64,000 nucleotides of DNA. It comes from Mobula hypostoma (Eukaryota). The DNA is taken from assembly GCF_963921235.1 (NCBI RefSeq), contig NC_086105.1, positions 14,198,001-14,262,000 on the forward strand. Direction: 5' to 3'. Positions 49,991-63,599 of the stretch are shown one piece after another (within the stretch, counting starts at the first letter, position 1; each line of letters begins with the position of its first letter). Both the position numbers and the translations under genes were made by a program. Under the pieces are notes generated by a model that was given only the letters and a program-made list of their open reading frames with translations, did no database searches and was not told the DNA's origin.

Positions 49991-50057
49991 ATATCTTAAT
50001 ATTGCCCACAGCATAAAAAAACATTGGCTTTTAGTGCTAATTGTGCTATAGAGTCAT

Positions 50058-50600
50058 GGAATCAGAATCAGAATCAGGTTTATTATCACCAGCATGTGAC
50101 GTGAAATTTGTTAACAGCAGCAGCAGTTCAATGCAATGCATAATCTGGCAGAGAGAATAAATAAATAAATTAACAAACAAACAAACAAACAATTAAATCA
50201 GTTACGTATATTGAATAGATTAAAAAACACAACAACAGAAATACTGTCTATTAAAAAAGTGAGGTAGTGTCCAAAGGTTCAATGTCCATTTAGTAATCGG
50301 ACATTGGGGCAGAGGGGAAGAAGTTGTTCCTGAATCGCTGAGTGTGTGCCTTCAGGCTTCTGTATCTCCTACCTGATGGTAACAGTGAGAAAAGGGCACA
50401 CCCTGGGTGCTGGAGGTCCTTAATAATGGACGCTGCTTTTCTGAGACACCGCTCCCCGAAGATGTCCTGGGTACTTTGTAGGCTAGTACCCAAGATAGAG
50501 CTGACTAGATTTACAACCTTCTGCAGTTTCCTTCGGTCCTGTGCAGTAGCCCCTCCATACCAGACAGTGATGCAGCCTGTCAGAATGCTCTCCACAGTAT
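50058..50600 (-). mobile_element. Rex1/Babar LINE 3' end
   Basis: TVESILTGCITVWYG...FSLLPSGRRYRSL; (gaatca)n tail. Confidence 0.88.
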
Positions 50601-51089
50601 AACTAGGGGATTCTATTCTGCCCCAGAAATTCATTTAATTGTTCTGTCCCTGGTAAGACTTTAGATGCAGAAACTCTCAACCACATGAACAACTTGCAAA
50701 GATATGAGCCATGAGCTGGAAAACTGGATTTACATAAAATTCATTATTAGCCAGAAAAGCATCATGAATTTAATGTACAGTGAACTTTCACTTTTCTATA
50801 AAGTCAAAACAATGCATGGACATGCACAGAATAATCTTTTCTTTGGCAAAAATGAATAAAAGCCAATTATTAATTCCGTCTATGTGATGAGGTCTTTGAA
50901 TATATTCTGGTGGTCCTTTCATTTCTTCCAGTTAACAGACAACATGATCAAAAATTAAATATGAAGAAAGTTAATAGCATTCTATTAAAGAGTTGTTCTG
51001 TGATTGTAGATTCTCCTTGGCAAGTTTGCATAAGTTATAACAATTCTTATCTTGTTCCCAGGGTTCTGTAGTCGGCCTTTCTTCAGCTT

Positions 51090-51380
51090 ATTTATTTTTT
51101 ATTGACACAGAGCGAGGAAGTAGGCCCTCCCAGCCCTTCGAGCCGCACTACCCAGAAACCCCCAGTTTAATCCCAGCCTAATCACCGGACAATTTACAAT
51201 GATCAATTAGCCTACTGACTGGTACATCTTTGGACTGTGGGAGGAAACCGGAGCACCCGGAGGAAACCCACGTGGTCACAGATAGAATGTACAAACTCCT
51301 TACAGGCAGGAGTGGGAACTGAACCCAGGTCGCCGGTACTGTAGAGCGTTGTGCTAACCACTATGCTACCATGCCAACCC
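51090..51380 (-). mobile_element. tRNA-derived SINE (V-SINE-like), well preserved
   Basis: Minus strand ggcatggtagcatagtggttagc...gggttcagttccc...gggtttcctccgggtgctccggtttcctccc; related copy at about 62290-62570. Confidence 0.8.
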
Positions 51381-51649
51381 CACTGTGTTTGACTGTGAAA
51401 TTATTGTTGGCAATACTTTGGCTAGGGTTGGGTAGATAAAGAAAGACAGAAGGAGCTGTCTGACGAAATTGTACACAAACACCTTTGGGGGCACCACATT
51501 CTAAAGTCATACCAGTTGATAGGTTAACTGATCATTGTAAATTGACCTGTGATTAGGCTGGGATTAAATAGGGGTGATGCTGGGCGCCGCAACTCGAGGT
51601 GCTGGAAAGGCCTATTCCACACTGTAGCTCAATAAATTAATAAATAAAC

Positions 51650-52680
51650 CTTATGGATTTCAATCAGCTCTCAGGCTCTGCCACTCCAGGGAAAATAACC
51701 CAATTTTGCACATCCTGTCCTCATAGCACATGGTGTTGAATCCAGATGGCCTTGAGGTAAACTGCTTTTGTACCCTCTTCAAGGCCTCCACATTCTTCCT
51801 ATAATGGGGTGACCAGAATTACATAAAATTCTCCAGATGCAGCCTCTCCGGAATTTTATAAAATTGCAACATAAATTCCTGATTCTTGAACTCAATATCT
51901 CAACTAATAAAAGCAAACATGCCTTTATTACCCTACCAGTCTGTGCCACCACTTACAGGGAACAGTCAACTTGGACCACAAGATCCCTCTGTACGTATCC
52001 TCTATTAAGGGTCCTCCCATTATCAGAGCTCTGCCATACAGTTGTTGATTCATGGCAAAGTACAGCACAGAAACAGGCCCTTCTGCCCATCTAGTCCAAG
52101 CTGAACCATTTAAACTGCCTACTCAAATTGACCTGCACCGGGACTATAACTCACCATACCCCTACTATCCATGTACCTATCCAAACATCTCTTAAATAAT
52201 GATCTCACATGCACCACTTGCGCAGGCAGCTCGTTCCGCACTCTCATGACTCTCTGAAGGAAGGTTTCCCCTCATATTCCCCTTAAACTTTTCATCTTTC
52301 ACCCTAACCCAGTAGAAAAAGCCTGCTTGCATTTACTCTATCTGTACCCCTCATAATGTTATAAACCTCTATCAAATCTCCCCTCAATCTTCTACATTCC
52401 AAGGAATAATGTCCGAACCTATTCAATCTTTCCTGATAACTCAGGTTCTCCAGTCCCAGCTACATCCTTATAAATTTTCTCTGTACTCTTTCACCTTATT
52501 TATATCTTTCTTGTAGGTAGGGGTCCTTTTATATTTGATCTCTGAAAGTGTATCACCTCACACTTGGTGGATTAAGCTCCATCTATCATACCCTTATCCC
52601 TATCTGCAACTCATGCTCATTCTACTTTATCCCTTTGGCTGTTCACAGCGCTGGCAATTTCTGTATCATTTGCGAGTTAC
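51650..52680 (-). mobile_element. Nested CR1 3' fragments
   Basis: Reverse-complement CR1 C-terminal and 3'UTR sequence (gaccagaattacacata..., gcacagaaacaggccc). Confidence 0.7.
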
Positions 52681-53114
52681 AGAATATTTCCATCACATCA
52701 TGTATTAAACCCTGAATGCATTCTCAAAATGTTTGAATAATCTGCCTTTGGAATGATTCCAGTACATTATCTAAATCCTCAGCTAACCACAGGTCCAGGG
52801 ATTAGTAAAATCTTTCAGTAATTCTGTAACTTCTACTAAAACATTTTCAAATGGAATTTGTGGCTTTATTTCTCTTTATAATATTCTGTTTAAATAGAAA
52901 CTTGAATTGTGATCCTTGTGACTTAGATAACATTGTCCAGATGATGTCTCTGTTACGCAGTTCATACAGAATCATCATGTAAGAAAACAGATCTTCTCAC
53001 ACTGTGGAACAATTCCACATATCTAGGGCAATAAAAAACTCTTTGCATTACTAGACCAAATGCTGTCAGTGCACCAATGAGAGTGATGATTGACAAATAT
53101 ATCTATTGAAAGAA

Positions 53115-53725
53115 TTCAAGTTCAAAGTAAATTTTATTATCAAGGTACATATATGTCACCATATACAACTCTGAGATTCATTTGATTGTGGGCATACTTA
53201 ACAACTCTATGGAATAGTATCTATAACGTAATCAAAGAAAGACCGCACCATCTAGAGTCTTCAACCAGAGTGCAGAAGACAACAAACTGAACAGATGCAA
53301 ATATAAATAAATATTGAGAACATTAGATGAAGAGTCCTTGAAAGTGAGTCCATAGGTTGTGGAAATATTTCAGCGATGGGGCAAGTGAAGCTATTCCCAT
53401 TTGTTCAAGAGCCTGATGGGTGAAGGGTAGTAACTGTTGCTGAACATGCTGGTGCGAGCCCTGAGCCTCTTGTTTCCTCTTCCTGATGGCAGCAGCGAAA
53501 AGAGAGCATGACCCAGGTAGCGGAGATCCTTGATGATGGATGCAGCTTTCCTACGACAGAGTTTCATGTTGATGTGCTCAATGGTTGGGAAGGCTTTGCC
53601 TGTGATGGACTGTACGGAATCCACTACTTTTTATACAGTCATCCGTTCAAGAGTATCGGTGTTTCCATACCAGTCTGTGATGAAGCCAATTAATATACTC
53701 CCCTCCACATATCTATGAAAGTTGT
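53115..53725 (-). mobile_element. Rex1/Babar LINE 3' end
   Basis: RRKAASIIKD...HALFSLLPSGR...NSYYP motif. Confidence 0.88.
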
Positions 53726-54574
53726 GGCACACAAGTGGATTCTACTTTTACTGATGTCTATAACATAATGACAGTAATATGTATAAATAAAAATCGATGT
53801 CCTTTTTATCGTTATTGGATTTGATAGCAGCTCACCTTGGCTGTCTGCACTGCAAGGCACAACAGTATAATCTGGAAGGTGATCTTGAATATGCCTACAG
53901 TCATTGTCTAAAAGCAGAGCTGCAGGTTGGAGCTTTGTTTTATGTCAAAGCTGTCAATTATTTTATTAGAGGCATCCGGAGACCGCTAGAATTAAAGTAA
54001 TAAAACAAATGTATTGACAGAGTTTTGAAATAAAGTTTATCAAAATATTGGAAAATGACTTAGGATACAATAATATCAAACACAATTAAAGTAATAGATC
54101 TTTCCCTTTTCTTCCTCTGCCACAGATCTAGAAATGTCAGTGGTATCAATACAATTTCAGGTCATAGTGGGATTACTTCAGTGTAATGCAAGAAATCCCA
54201 GCCTCACCATCCAAAACCATGGTCTGTTCAGTGGTGCAAGAGAGCTGTCCTATTCACCCCCAGAATTTGTTGGTAAGTCCTGGACTCATACAGTGTGACT
54301 GTACATCTCGGACTTTGTTTTGAAAGGCTGAATGCCAATGGTTCCATTCATTAGGATTCAAATCGATCCCTTCCAATGATCATGCAGCAAGTATTCTTAC
54401 AGAAAGTGCTTATTTTTATGACAACTGAGAGGCTGGGAACCTCAAGAAAGCAGATGATTTTATTTGCTGTAGTCTTCAAGGAGATCATGAAAAATAATCC
54501 TTGGTAGTGTATCTGCTCAGAATTTGCATACAGTTCATTTATTTTTATCAGCAAACCTTTGCCAGAGGCCAGAG

Positions 54575-57270
54575 TGGGAAACAGAAGAGGGGAGGGTAGA
54601 GGGAATTTTTTTTCTGGAAGGAGAAAGCGATATTCATGCCATCGGATTGGAGGCTGCTTAGACGGAATATAAGGTGTTGCTCCTCCACCCTGAGGGTGGC
54701 CTTATCATGACACAAGAGGAGGCTATGGAATGACATGTCGGAATGTGAATGGGAATCGGAATTAAAATGGTTGGCTGCTGGGAAGTTCCATTTTAGTCGG
54801 ATGGAGTGGTGGTGTTCAATGATGCGGTCCTCCAGTTTAGGACAAATCTCACCGCCGCCTCAGGAGATTCGGACACAATAGGTGACCCCAGCAGAATCAC
54901 AGATGAAGTGTTGCCTCACCTGGAGCCCTGCATGGAGCTGAGGGAGGAGGTGAATGGGCAGCTGTTGATAAAATCAGTGTCCCTCTTACAGGGATATGTG
55001 CCATGAGGGAGATTAATGGAGAGGGGCGAATGGATGAGGGAATTGTAGAGGGAGTGATCCCTGCAGAAAGTGGGTGGGGGGATATAGAGAGGTGCTTGGT
55101 GGTAGGATCCCTTTGGAGATTGCGGAAGTTCTAAAATATGTGTTAGATGTGGAGGCTCATGGTAAAAACTAGAGGAACTCTATCCCTGATATGGCAGTGG
55201 GAGGATGGGGTGAGTGTGGATGTCTGGGAAATGGAGGGGATGCGGATGAGGGCAGCATCAATGGTGGAGGAAGGGATACCCCATTCTATGAATGTGGACA
55301 TCTCTGATGTCCTGGAAAGGAAAGTCTCATTCTGGGAACAGATGTGGCAGAGATGAAGGAACTGAGAAAAGGGAATAGCATTTTACTGCAGACAGGGTGG
55401 GAAGTCAAGATAACTGTGGGAATCAGTAGGTTTACAAAAGATGTCGGACAACAGTTTGTCTCCAGAAATGGAGACACAGAGATCGAAAAGGGGAGGGTGT
55501 TATCAGGAATGGACCAAGTGAATTTAAGGGCAGGGTGGAAGTTGGAGGCAACGTTAATGAAATTGATAAGCTCAGCATGGGTGCAGGAAGCAGCACCAGT
55601 GCAGTTGCCAATACAGCACAGCAAGATTTTGGGACCATTTTCAGGGAAAACTTGGAGCATGGACTACTCTACGTAGCCAATGAAAAGGCAGACACAGCTG
55701 GGGAGCATAGCTGCCCCCTAAGCCTGGAAAAAGTGGGAGGAGCTGAAGAAATTGTGCAGGGTGAGGACCAGTTCTACCAGATGGAGGAGGGTGGGGGTGG
55801 TGGAGGGGAACCAGTCAGATCTGTTGTCAAGAAAGAAGTGGAGAGATTTGAGGCCTTCTTGTTGGGTGATAGAAGTGTATAGGGTCTGGATATCCATGAT
55901 GAAAATGAGGTGGCCAGGACCAGGGAATTGAAAGTTATTGAGGAGACTGAGAGAATAAGAAGTGTTGTGGATGTATGTGGTAAGGTACCGAACCAAGGGT
56001 ATAGATTAGATTCGAGGTACAAAGACTCAAGTTCAGAAGGGCAGGAGCAAGCAGAGACAATGGGCCTACCTGGACAGTCAAGCTTGTAGATCTTGGGTGG
56101 GAGATAGAAACGAGCAGTGCAGGGTCAGGGAACTATGAGTTTGGTGGCAGTGGATGGGAGTTCTCCAGAGTTGACAAAGTCAGTGATGGTTTCCTGATGA
56201 TCTGGAGTGGGGTCCTGTTCAATGGGTAGGTAAGGGGAGGTGTTTGATTGTTGCCGCCTGGTTTCAGCAAGGTAAAGGTCAGTCCGTCACGCTACAACAG
56301 CAAACCCCTTTGTCTGTGGGTTTGATGGTAGGGCAGGATTGGTGCAGCGAGAGTGGAGGGCAGTGCGTTCAGAGGGTGTAAGGTTCAAGGAGGAGAAAGC
56401 AGTGCTGAAGTTGAACTGGCTGATGTTTTTTCAGTAATTACAGATGGAAAGATCCAGAGAAGTCAGAGAAGCAGAGCAGGCCGTCGTAGAAGAGGAGGAG
56501 GGCTGGAGATGGGAGAAGGGGCCATCAGTGCAAGGTGGGGAGTTCGTACCAAGGAAGTGAGCTCGGTGACAGAGACAATGGAAGAAGAGCTCGGTAAGTG
56601 TTGTGGCAAGTGCAGAACTCGCTAAGGTATAGGTGCAGAGGCACAAAAGTGGAGCGGTGAGGACAGAAGGGTATGCCTCAGAGAGGGGAAGGTCAGAGGG
56701 AACAGTGAAGACACAGCAGGAATTAGAGCTGGGATTAGAGTGGGGAGGAGAAATGGTGGCATCAGACGAGGTGTTTAGGGGAGGTAGGGTGAGAGGAAGA
56801 TGGAGGTTCTGAGAATCCAGGGGATGATGGGGGAGCCTGAGGGCCCAGGGGTGGAGAGTGGTGGTGAGGGAGGGAGAGCCCAGGGGTCTAGTGGCAGCAA
56901 GGAAAATCTCAGTCTGGGTTTGAGGTCCAGGCTGGAGCCAGAGCTAAAGGCTGCATACTGTGCAGTCTGAAGGCGTCCAGGGTTGTAGGAACTAGAGTTG
57001 ATGGTGGTGGAATCCGATGTCTGCATCTGCCTGGGACTGGTTGGAGACAAAAGGGAGCTGAAAGCCATGTGGGACAAGGCAGTGGTGAAGACAAATTCCC
57101 AGGAAGGATATATGATGGTGGAAGCAAGTCTGGGTGAGCACAGGGTGAAAGCGTTGGAGGGCAGCAGAGGTCTCAGGGGGAGCAGTGAGAGGGGGTTTCA
57201 CTGAACTCTTGTCGAAGAGAAGATTTTAATTTCTTCAAGGTAGACATCCTCCAAAGAGACTTTGCAGATT
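54575..57270 (-). mobile_element. Long degraded Penelope-like element (N-terminus, RT and GIY-YIG)
   Basis: Minus-strand remnants FIMDIQTLYTSI, LVELVLTLHNF, GAASCTHAELINFI..ASNFHPALKFTWSI and LRVEEQHLIFRLSSLQSDGMN; many frameshifts. Confidence 0.88.
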
Positions 57271-57535
57271 CCCATGGTTCATTGAAACAAAAGTTGATTA
57301 AATTGAAATGTAGATTTATAAATGGTATTTACAATACAGCAGGCAGGTAGTAACCTAAAGGTTTCTTTCAAGGTCAAAGTCACTCTCTGAAAAAGACCTG
57401 GAGAGATACAGAGGATATTTTTCCATATGTGCTTGGAGTTTTGGAGAAGCAGCTTTCCTCATAGTTAAACTAATTTTAAAGTACGCAAGTTTCACTTATT
57501 CCACTTTCTTGCATATAATATCCACCATTGGTTTA

Positions 57536-60500
57536 TATAACGAGCCACCTGGGTTGAACCAGATTGTTATGTCGAAGTTCTATCTTTAACCCATGGCTTT
57601 AACCCAGATAGACCAAGTGTTCCCCAATGCAAGGGAGAGAAGAAGTGAGGATTGAGTTGAATGAAGAATCGTTGAGGATCGGTTTGTACAGAACACAGGC
57701 TTGACTCGAGAATCACTACTAACAAGGAAGGTAAACTCAAGTCCGAGCAAAAGACAAAAAAAACAGAGGGGGCTCAAGTAGAGAAACAACACAAACCATA
57801 GGTGCATTGATAACTAAAACAAGACAGAGCTGAAAACAATCAACTAGTAATGAGGGAGGAAGAACATCAGAGGATCCTGACACCCCCTGCTGATCAGCCC
57901 ATGTGGTAAACATGACAAACACCCTCCAACCACTCTATGGCCAACACCCGACAGCTCAGGGTGATCAGGGTGGTAACAGTGTCCCTGATCAGGTCTGGGT
58001 TTAGGATGTCATAAGAGGGAACTCACAACCTCTCCAATCCATCAAGTGCTGGAGCCAGCTACAAATGAGATGGAAGTCCTGAAGCCAACAGACGGTGTAC
58101 GCTGGCTGACCACCGATGATGTGAGGAGCACAGGGCAATCTTGCGACTGGTGCTGGTGGACAGTTTTAGATGGGGGACCTGGAACGTGGCTTTGAATTGG
58201 AAGGCCTGTGACAACTGGAGATGGTAGGTGAGTGGACTGATCAGATAGAGAACCATGAACAGTCCAAAGTAGCATGGTGTCAGTTTCTAAGAATCAACCT
58301 ATGGAGGAAGTTCTTTGGTGGGGAGCCAGATCCCTTGATGGAATGAAGGGCCTAATCTCCTTCAACAGTTGCCATGCCATTGTTGTTGCAGAGAGGCCTT
58401 CAGTAGGGCTGCCTGAGCTTTTATTTTCCAGTTCTACTGGCAATGACAGACCAACTATTCAACAGATGGAACTCCCACCTCAGCTTCCTACTCAGAAACA
58501 GAGAGGATGGATAAGCAGACTGACACTCAAAGGGAGATATACCTGTAGAAGAGTGGTGCAGAGTGTTGAGCAAACTCTGCCCGGAGTAGATGATCACCCC
58601 AAGTGGACGGATGCCTGACACAAGGCAGCTCAAGGTCTCCTCCAGGGCCAGGTCGGCCTTCTCCATCTGCCCATTAGACTGGAAATTAAATCCAGATGAG
58701 AAGCTGACCACAAATTCAACAGGTCAACAGAAAGTCTTCCAGAACCAGGAGCTAAACTGAGGGCCTTTGTCAGAAACAGCAACCCGGGGATAGCCATGCA
58801 CTCTAACCTCGTGTTACAGCATAAGGTTGGCTGAAGCCCAGACTGAGGGAGGCTTGGGTAAGGCACAATTCGGCAGGCCTTGGAGAACAGATCCACCACC
58901 ACCATAATCATGGTTCTTCCTCACGGTGGTGACAGACCAATACGGAGTCCATGGAGGTATGGAATCACGGGTGGGAGGGAATGGGCAGTGGGTGTGGAAG
59001 CCCCTGTGAACTTGATCTAGGGTTCTTGATCTGGGCGCAGATGTGCCATGCTGCTATATACGATTTCATATCCCCATCCAACCCTGGCCACCAGAACCAC
59101 CACTTGATGAACTCCACCATTTGAGCAGTCTCCATCTGTCCTGCAGTACATGATGCATGACCCCAGTGGAGTGCACCAGTGACCCAGTCAATTTGTGGAT
59201 TGTGGAGGGCCAACCGGGAGTGTCCTAAGGTCAATGGGAGCTCAGGAGAATGAATAAGGTGAAACTGAATGGTCTCATTATGTTCTATATGTAGACACGT
59301 GGGTGGCGGGTCCTTCCAGGACCCAAAGGTCTTCCATCCAGAGCCATGGCCATTACTGGTTGGTCGCGGTGGGCCAGGGGTACTCGCAGATGTCTTGCTA
59401 ACCCAAGTTCCATGAAATTACCTGCTGTGCCAGAATCTACGGAAGGCTCCCAGGGCAAGTTGTTGTTCTCCCCAGGAGATGGAGGCGGGCAGCATGACCC
59501 CTGAAGTAGCAGATCTGAGATGAATGGTGGAACCGGGCACAGACCTCCCTTCCCTGGATCAGTCTGGATGTTCTCCCGACAACTCAAGACAGGCAGAACA
59601 GAGGTAGCATGGCTCACCACAGTAGAGGCAGAACTTTCCCTTCGTTCTCCAGTCCCACTCGGCTGGAGAAAGTTGGGTTCTGCCCAGTTGCATCAATTCC
59701 TCTGGAGGAAGTGGAGGGGAGCTGCTGGGTGTGCATGATTGCACCAAGGACGATCGGACTGAAGGGGTTGACAAACCTAAAGGACTCATTTTTGTGCTCC
59801 CTTCCACTTTCCTGGTGACCGTTGTCAACCCAGATAGGGGTTTTGATGAGAATTTTGATATCTTCATCCAGATCTCTGGCTGCCAATTCATCTTTACTTT
59901 CAGCTGTAGTGCACGGTGGAACATGGCTACAAAGGCTTCTGTGTTCCAACCAGGGTGTGGAACTCCGTTTCATAGCCAGCCACGCTACAGGTACCACGAC
60001 GAAGTTGGAGGAGTCAGTTAGTCACCTCTCGCCCACTGACTGGGTGGTCAGACACCTTCTTCATTTCCCTGAGGAAGAGACACATTTCTGCACAACCTTC
60101 CCAGAGCACCATAGCCCAGGCGAGAGCATGGCCAAGGAGGAGATGGAAAATATGGGCCACGTTGCAGCAGCAACCTTAGAGGGGACCTTAGAGGTCTGCA
60201 GCTTGAAAGCCAGAGAACACTGAATAGAGACCCCTCTACAGGTCCCCGTGTTACCTCCGCATCGCTCAGGCTCCAGCAAGTCCAGAGACGCGGGAGTTAG
60301 GGTGGTAGCAGGGGTTTGCTGGCTCAGCCAGATGATCTCTGTGAGCGTCAAGATCTGCCGGAGCACACGCTTGTGTTCATTCACCATGACTTCCCGGCTG
60401 GTCAGCACTGATCACAGATCCTCATACTCTGCTGAGTCCATCTTGTGGCTCAGTATTGCTGTAGTGAGGTGGTTGCCAGGCTGGGTTGAACTGGAATTAT

Positions 60501-60852
60501 TATGGTCAAGTGCCATACCTTTAACCCATGGACTACCAGGAGAAACTTAGACCAGGTGCCAAGGAGACCGGAGACAAGGATGGAGATCATCAATGGGTCT
60601 TCACTTCTAGATTGGTTCGTGGAGAACACAGGGTAGAACTTGAGAATCACTACATACAGTGTAGGTAAACTCAAGACTGAGCAAAGACAAACGAAACTGA
60701 GGAAACTTGAGGAGAGACACAAAACAAAGTACGGGTGCACTGATAACTAAAACCAGAAGCAGGTGAAAATGATCAACCTATAATCAGTGGAGGAGGAGGA
60801 TTGGCAGCCTGGAGGAATCTGGTGCTCCTAATGTTCAGACCAAAGCATGACA
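57536..60852 (-). mobile_element. Gypsy/Ty3 (sushi-like) LTR retrotransposon, degraded, lacking RT/RNaseH
   Basis: LTRs at 57536-57917 and 60460-60852, both ending CATGACA on +; flanks GGTTTA at 57530-57535 and 60853-60858; gag MDSAE start near 60440; CLYCG zinc knuckle; protease VDSGTAGNFM; integrase FWWPG..HIC, VVDLFSK and QSNGQME. Confidence 0.85.
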
Positions 60853-60939
60853 GGTTTAGCGGTCACATCAGCTGAGAAAGTGCTGCCTTTTTCACTACGG
60901 CTGATTTGTATATTGGAAATAACAGAGCAACACACAGAA

Positions 60940-61110
60940 AATACTGGGGGAGCATACATGGAGGGCAATGAACTGTCAACATTCATTTCCTTCCACTGAT
61001 GAAGGGTCTTGGCCTGTTCAATACCCTCCGCAGATGTTGCCTGACCCCCGGGGTCCATCCAGCATTTTGTGTATTGCTCTAGATTTCTAGCATCTGCAGT
61101 CTCTCTTGTG
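60940..61110. mobile_element. Inverted Penelope-tail fragments
   Basis: cacacagaaaatactgg... followed by ctgatgaagggtcttggcc...cagcattttgtg. Confidence 0.55.
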
Positions 61111-61689
61111 TTGCCATGTTGGAAGTACCAGATTTATTTTTCTGGCTCCTGTGTGGAGTAACATTCCATCCATGCCAACTCATAGATTCCGATCTAGCCA
61201 CTGGCACTGGGGTTGTACTCTCAGTTAGCACAAAGTCTCTGCCATCTCATAGTAAACAAATCTGTGAACTAAGTGAAAAAAAACTACGAAAGAAATGTTG
61301 TTTTCCTGAGTGCCTTGTATCCCATCATTCTTGTTTTAAATTCTGTGAAGGTTGATTATTGCTTTTGCATAGTTGAGCATATTGTGCTTCTATTTTTGCC
61401 TTACAGCTATGCAGTGTCAGATGATACGCACTGCTGATAATAATCTGACAGTTATAATGTGGACGCTGGTGAATCATGTTCTCCTCCCACAACAACAATT
61501 TACACTGCTAAGCAGCACTAAATCTCAAAATAGCTCGCTGGAACAAACTATAGATATAAAAAGACTTATGTATATAATGTTTTTTTAAAAAACTATGGCA
61601 ACCATAATAGGACATTTCCAACTTAAACTATGAACAGCTATATTTTAAAATTCTGGTTGATAGAATTGTTCATTAAAAACTGAAAAAAG

Positions 61690-61905
61690 TGCAACACACA
61701 CACAAAATGCTTGAGGAACTCAGCAGGTCAGGCAGCATCAATGGAAAATAACAGACATTTGACATTTTGGCCCAAGACCCTTCTTCAGGATTGAGAAGGA
61801 AGGGGGAAGATGCCAGAATAAAAAAGGCAGGGGGAGGGGAAAGAGGTTAGCTGGAAGGTGATAGTTGAAGCCAGGTGGGTGGGAAAGGTCAAGGGGTGGA
61901 GAAGA
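61690..61905 (-). mobile_element. Penelope tail fragment
   Basis: gaggaactcagcaggtcaggcagcatc and a degenerate hammerhead. Confidence 0.75.
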
Positions 61906-62859
61906 ACGAAAGAAGAGCAATTTAAACCATACTTTTACAGTTATTTTGCTGTGCCTTCTCATTTTGTAAAATACTTTATTGGATATGCTCAAAAGTTGAA
62001 TTATAAATATGTATTTGCTTGCAATATCTGAACAATTTAGGTCGAAATTAAAGTTGATATATATGGATGCTAATATATTTAATTTGGTTTATAGTCTGTA
62101 GATTTTTCCATTTTAACCCCAGTTAATACATTCAAATAAAATGCAGTTTTAATTGGTCAAACAGGCAGTTATTCATTCAGGATTTTTTATATTTCCCTTG
62201 CTTCCTGGATTCCCACAGAAAATCGAAAATTCTTCTGCAATATTTTTTGAAGTTTCTCTTAAGTTGCTGAGGATGGTTTCCTTGCTTTTATTTTATTTTA
62301 TTCAGCGATACAGCAAGGAGTAGGCCCTTCTGGTCCTTCGAGCTATGCCACCCCAGCAAACCTCAACAATCCCAATTAACCCTAACCTAATCACAATAAT
62401 CAATTAACCTGCTTTGTACTGCTTTGGACTTTGGGAGGAAACCAAAGGACTCTGGGAAAACCCACACATTCCACAGGGAGATCGTACAGAGTCCTTACAG
62501 GTGGCACCAGAATTCAACTCCGAATTCCAGAACACTTTGAGCTAACCACTACACTATTGTGATCACCCATGTTCTGCAGTTGAATCTGAATGCTGCCATC
62601 AGGTCAACAGAATGCTTCCCACCATTTTAGTTGGGGAAACTGAATGGCAACACATAGCTCAGTCCAGAGTTAATATCTTCCCAGCCTCACATGGCCAAGG
62701 TTAGGACGGTCTACCTACCACCTCAAACTAACCCCACACAGCATCACCTTAGACAACAAAATAGTACATGATCAAGTACAAAGATGGTAAAAAAATATAA
62801 AAACTATAAACCTACTTTATTTTCTCTGATGTTGATTGACTTAGTGTGTAAATTATGTT

Positions 62860-63197
62860 TTCTTCTTCTCACCTGTCTATTACTTCCCCTGGGTCCTCCC
62901 TCCCTTCCCTTTCTCCCATTCTCCAGTCTTCTCTCATATCAGATTCTTTCTTCTTCCACCTTTGACCTTTCCCATCCACCTGACTTCACCTATCACCTTC
63001 CAGCTGTGCTCCTTCCTCTCTCCCCACCTTTTAATTCAGGCATCTTCCCCCTTCCTTCTCAGTTCTGAAGAAGGGTCTAGGCCCAAAACATCAGCTGTTT
63101 ACTCTTTTCCATAGATGTTGCCTGACCTGCTGAGTTCCTCCACCATTTTGTGTGTGTTACTTTGGATTTCCAGCATCTCCAGATTTTCTCATGTTTG
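62860..63197 (+). mobile_element. Penelope tail fragment
   Basis: Pyrimidine tract, agttctgaagaagggtctaggcccaaaac and the common tail. Confidence 0.75.
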
Positions 63198-63599
63198 TTA
63201 AATAAATCAATATATGATTATAATAATGATATATTGAAGTGGATATATCAAATGTATTCCAAAGCACTCAGGTGAATAGTAGTAATCAAAGGGTGTGACT
63301 ATTTGCACATTTAATGCTTCAAACCTCAAAAAACCTTTTGACAAAGAATAAAGAAGAAATGGAGCTTCTGTACTGATGGAACTTGAACAATGTTCTGCTG
63401 TGGATGATAGATTCACAATGCCCATAGAACTAGAATCCAAAGAAAAGGAGAATCTTACCATAGGGTTATTAGATGTACAAAAGTAGACGTGTCACTCCAC
63501 AAGAAATCATGTGTTAGCTGTTCCTCATTTAAATGTAGTTGCTTTTGGAAGATGTTTCATGTTAATTCAAATTTATATAAGCAATACACTAGAAGTTAT

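Noticed and set aside
63376-63486. Short protein-like ORF (MELEQCSAVDD...) and a nearby acceptor at 61406 as exons of another gene
   Set aside because: No recognisable homology or consistent splice phase; no MYF5/MYF6 coding sequence is visible in the window.
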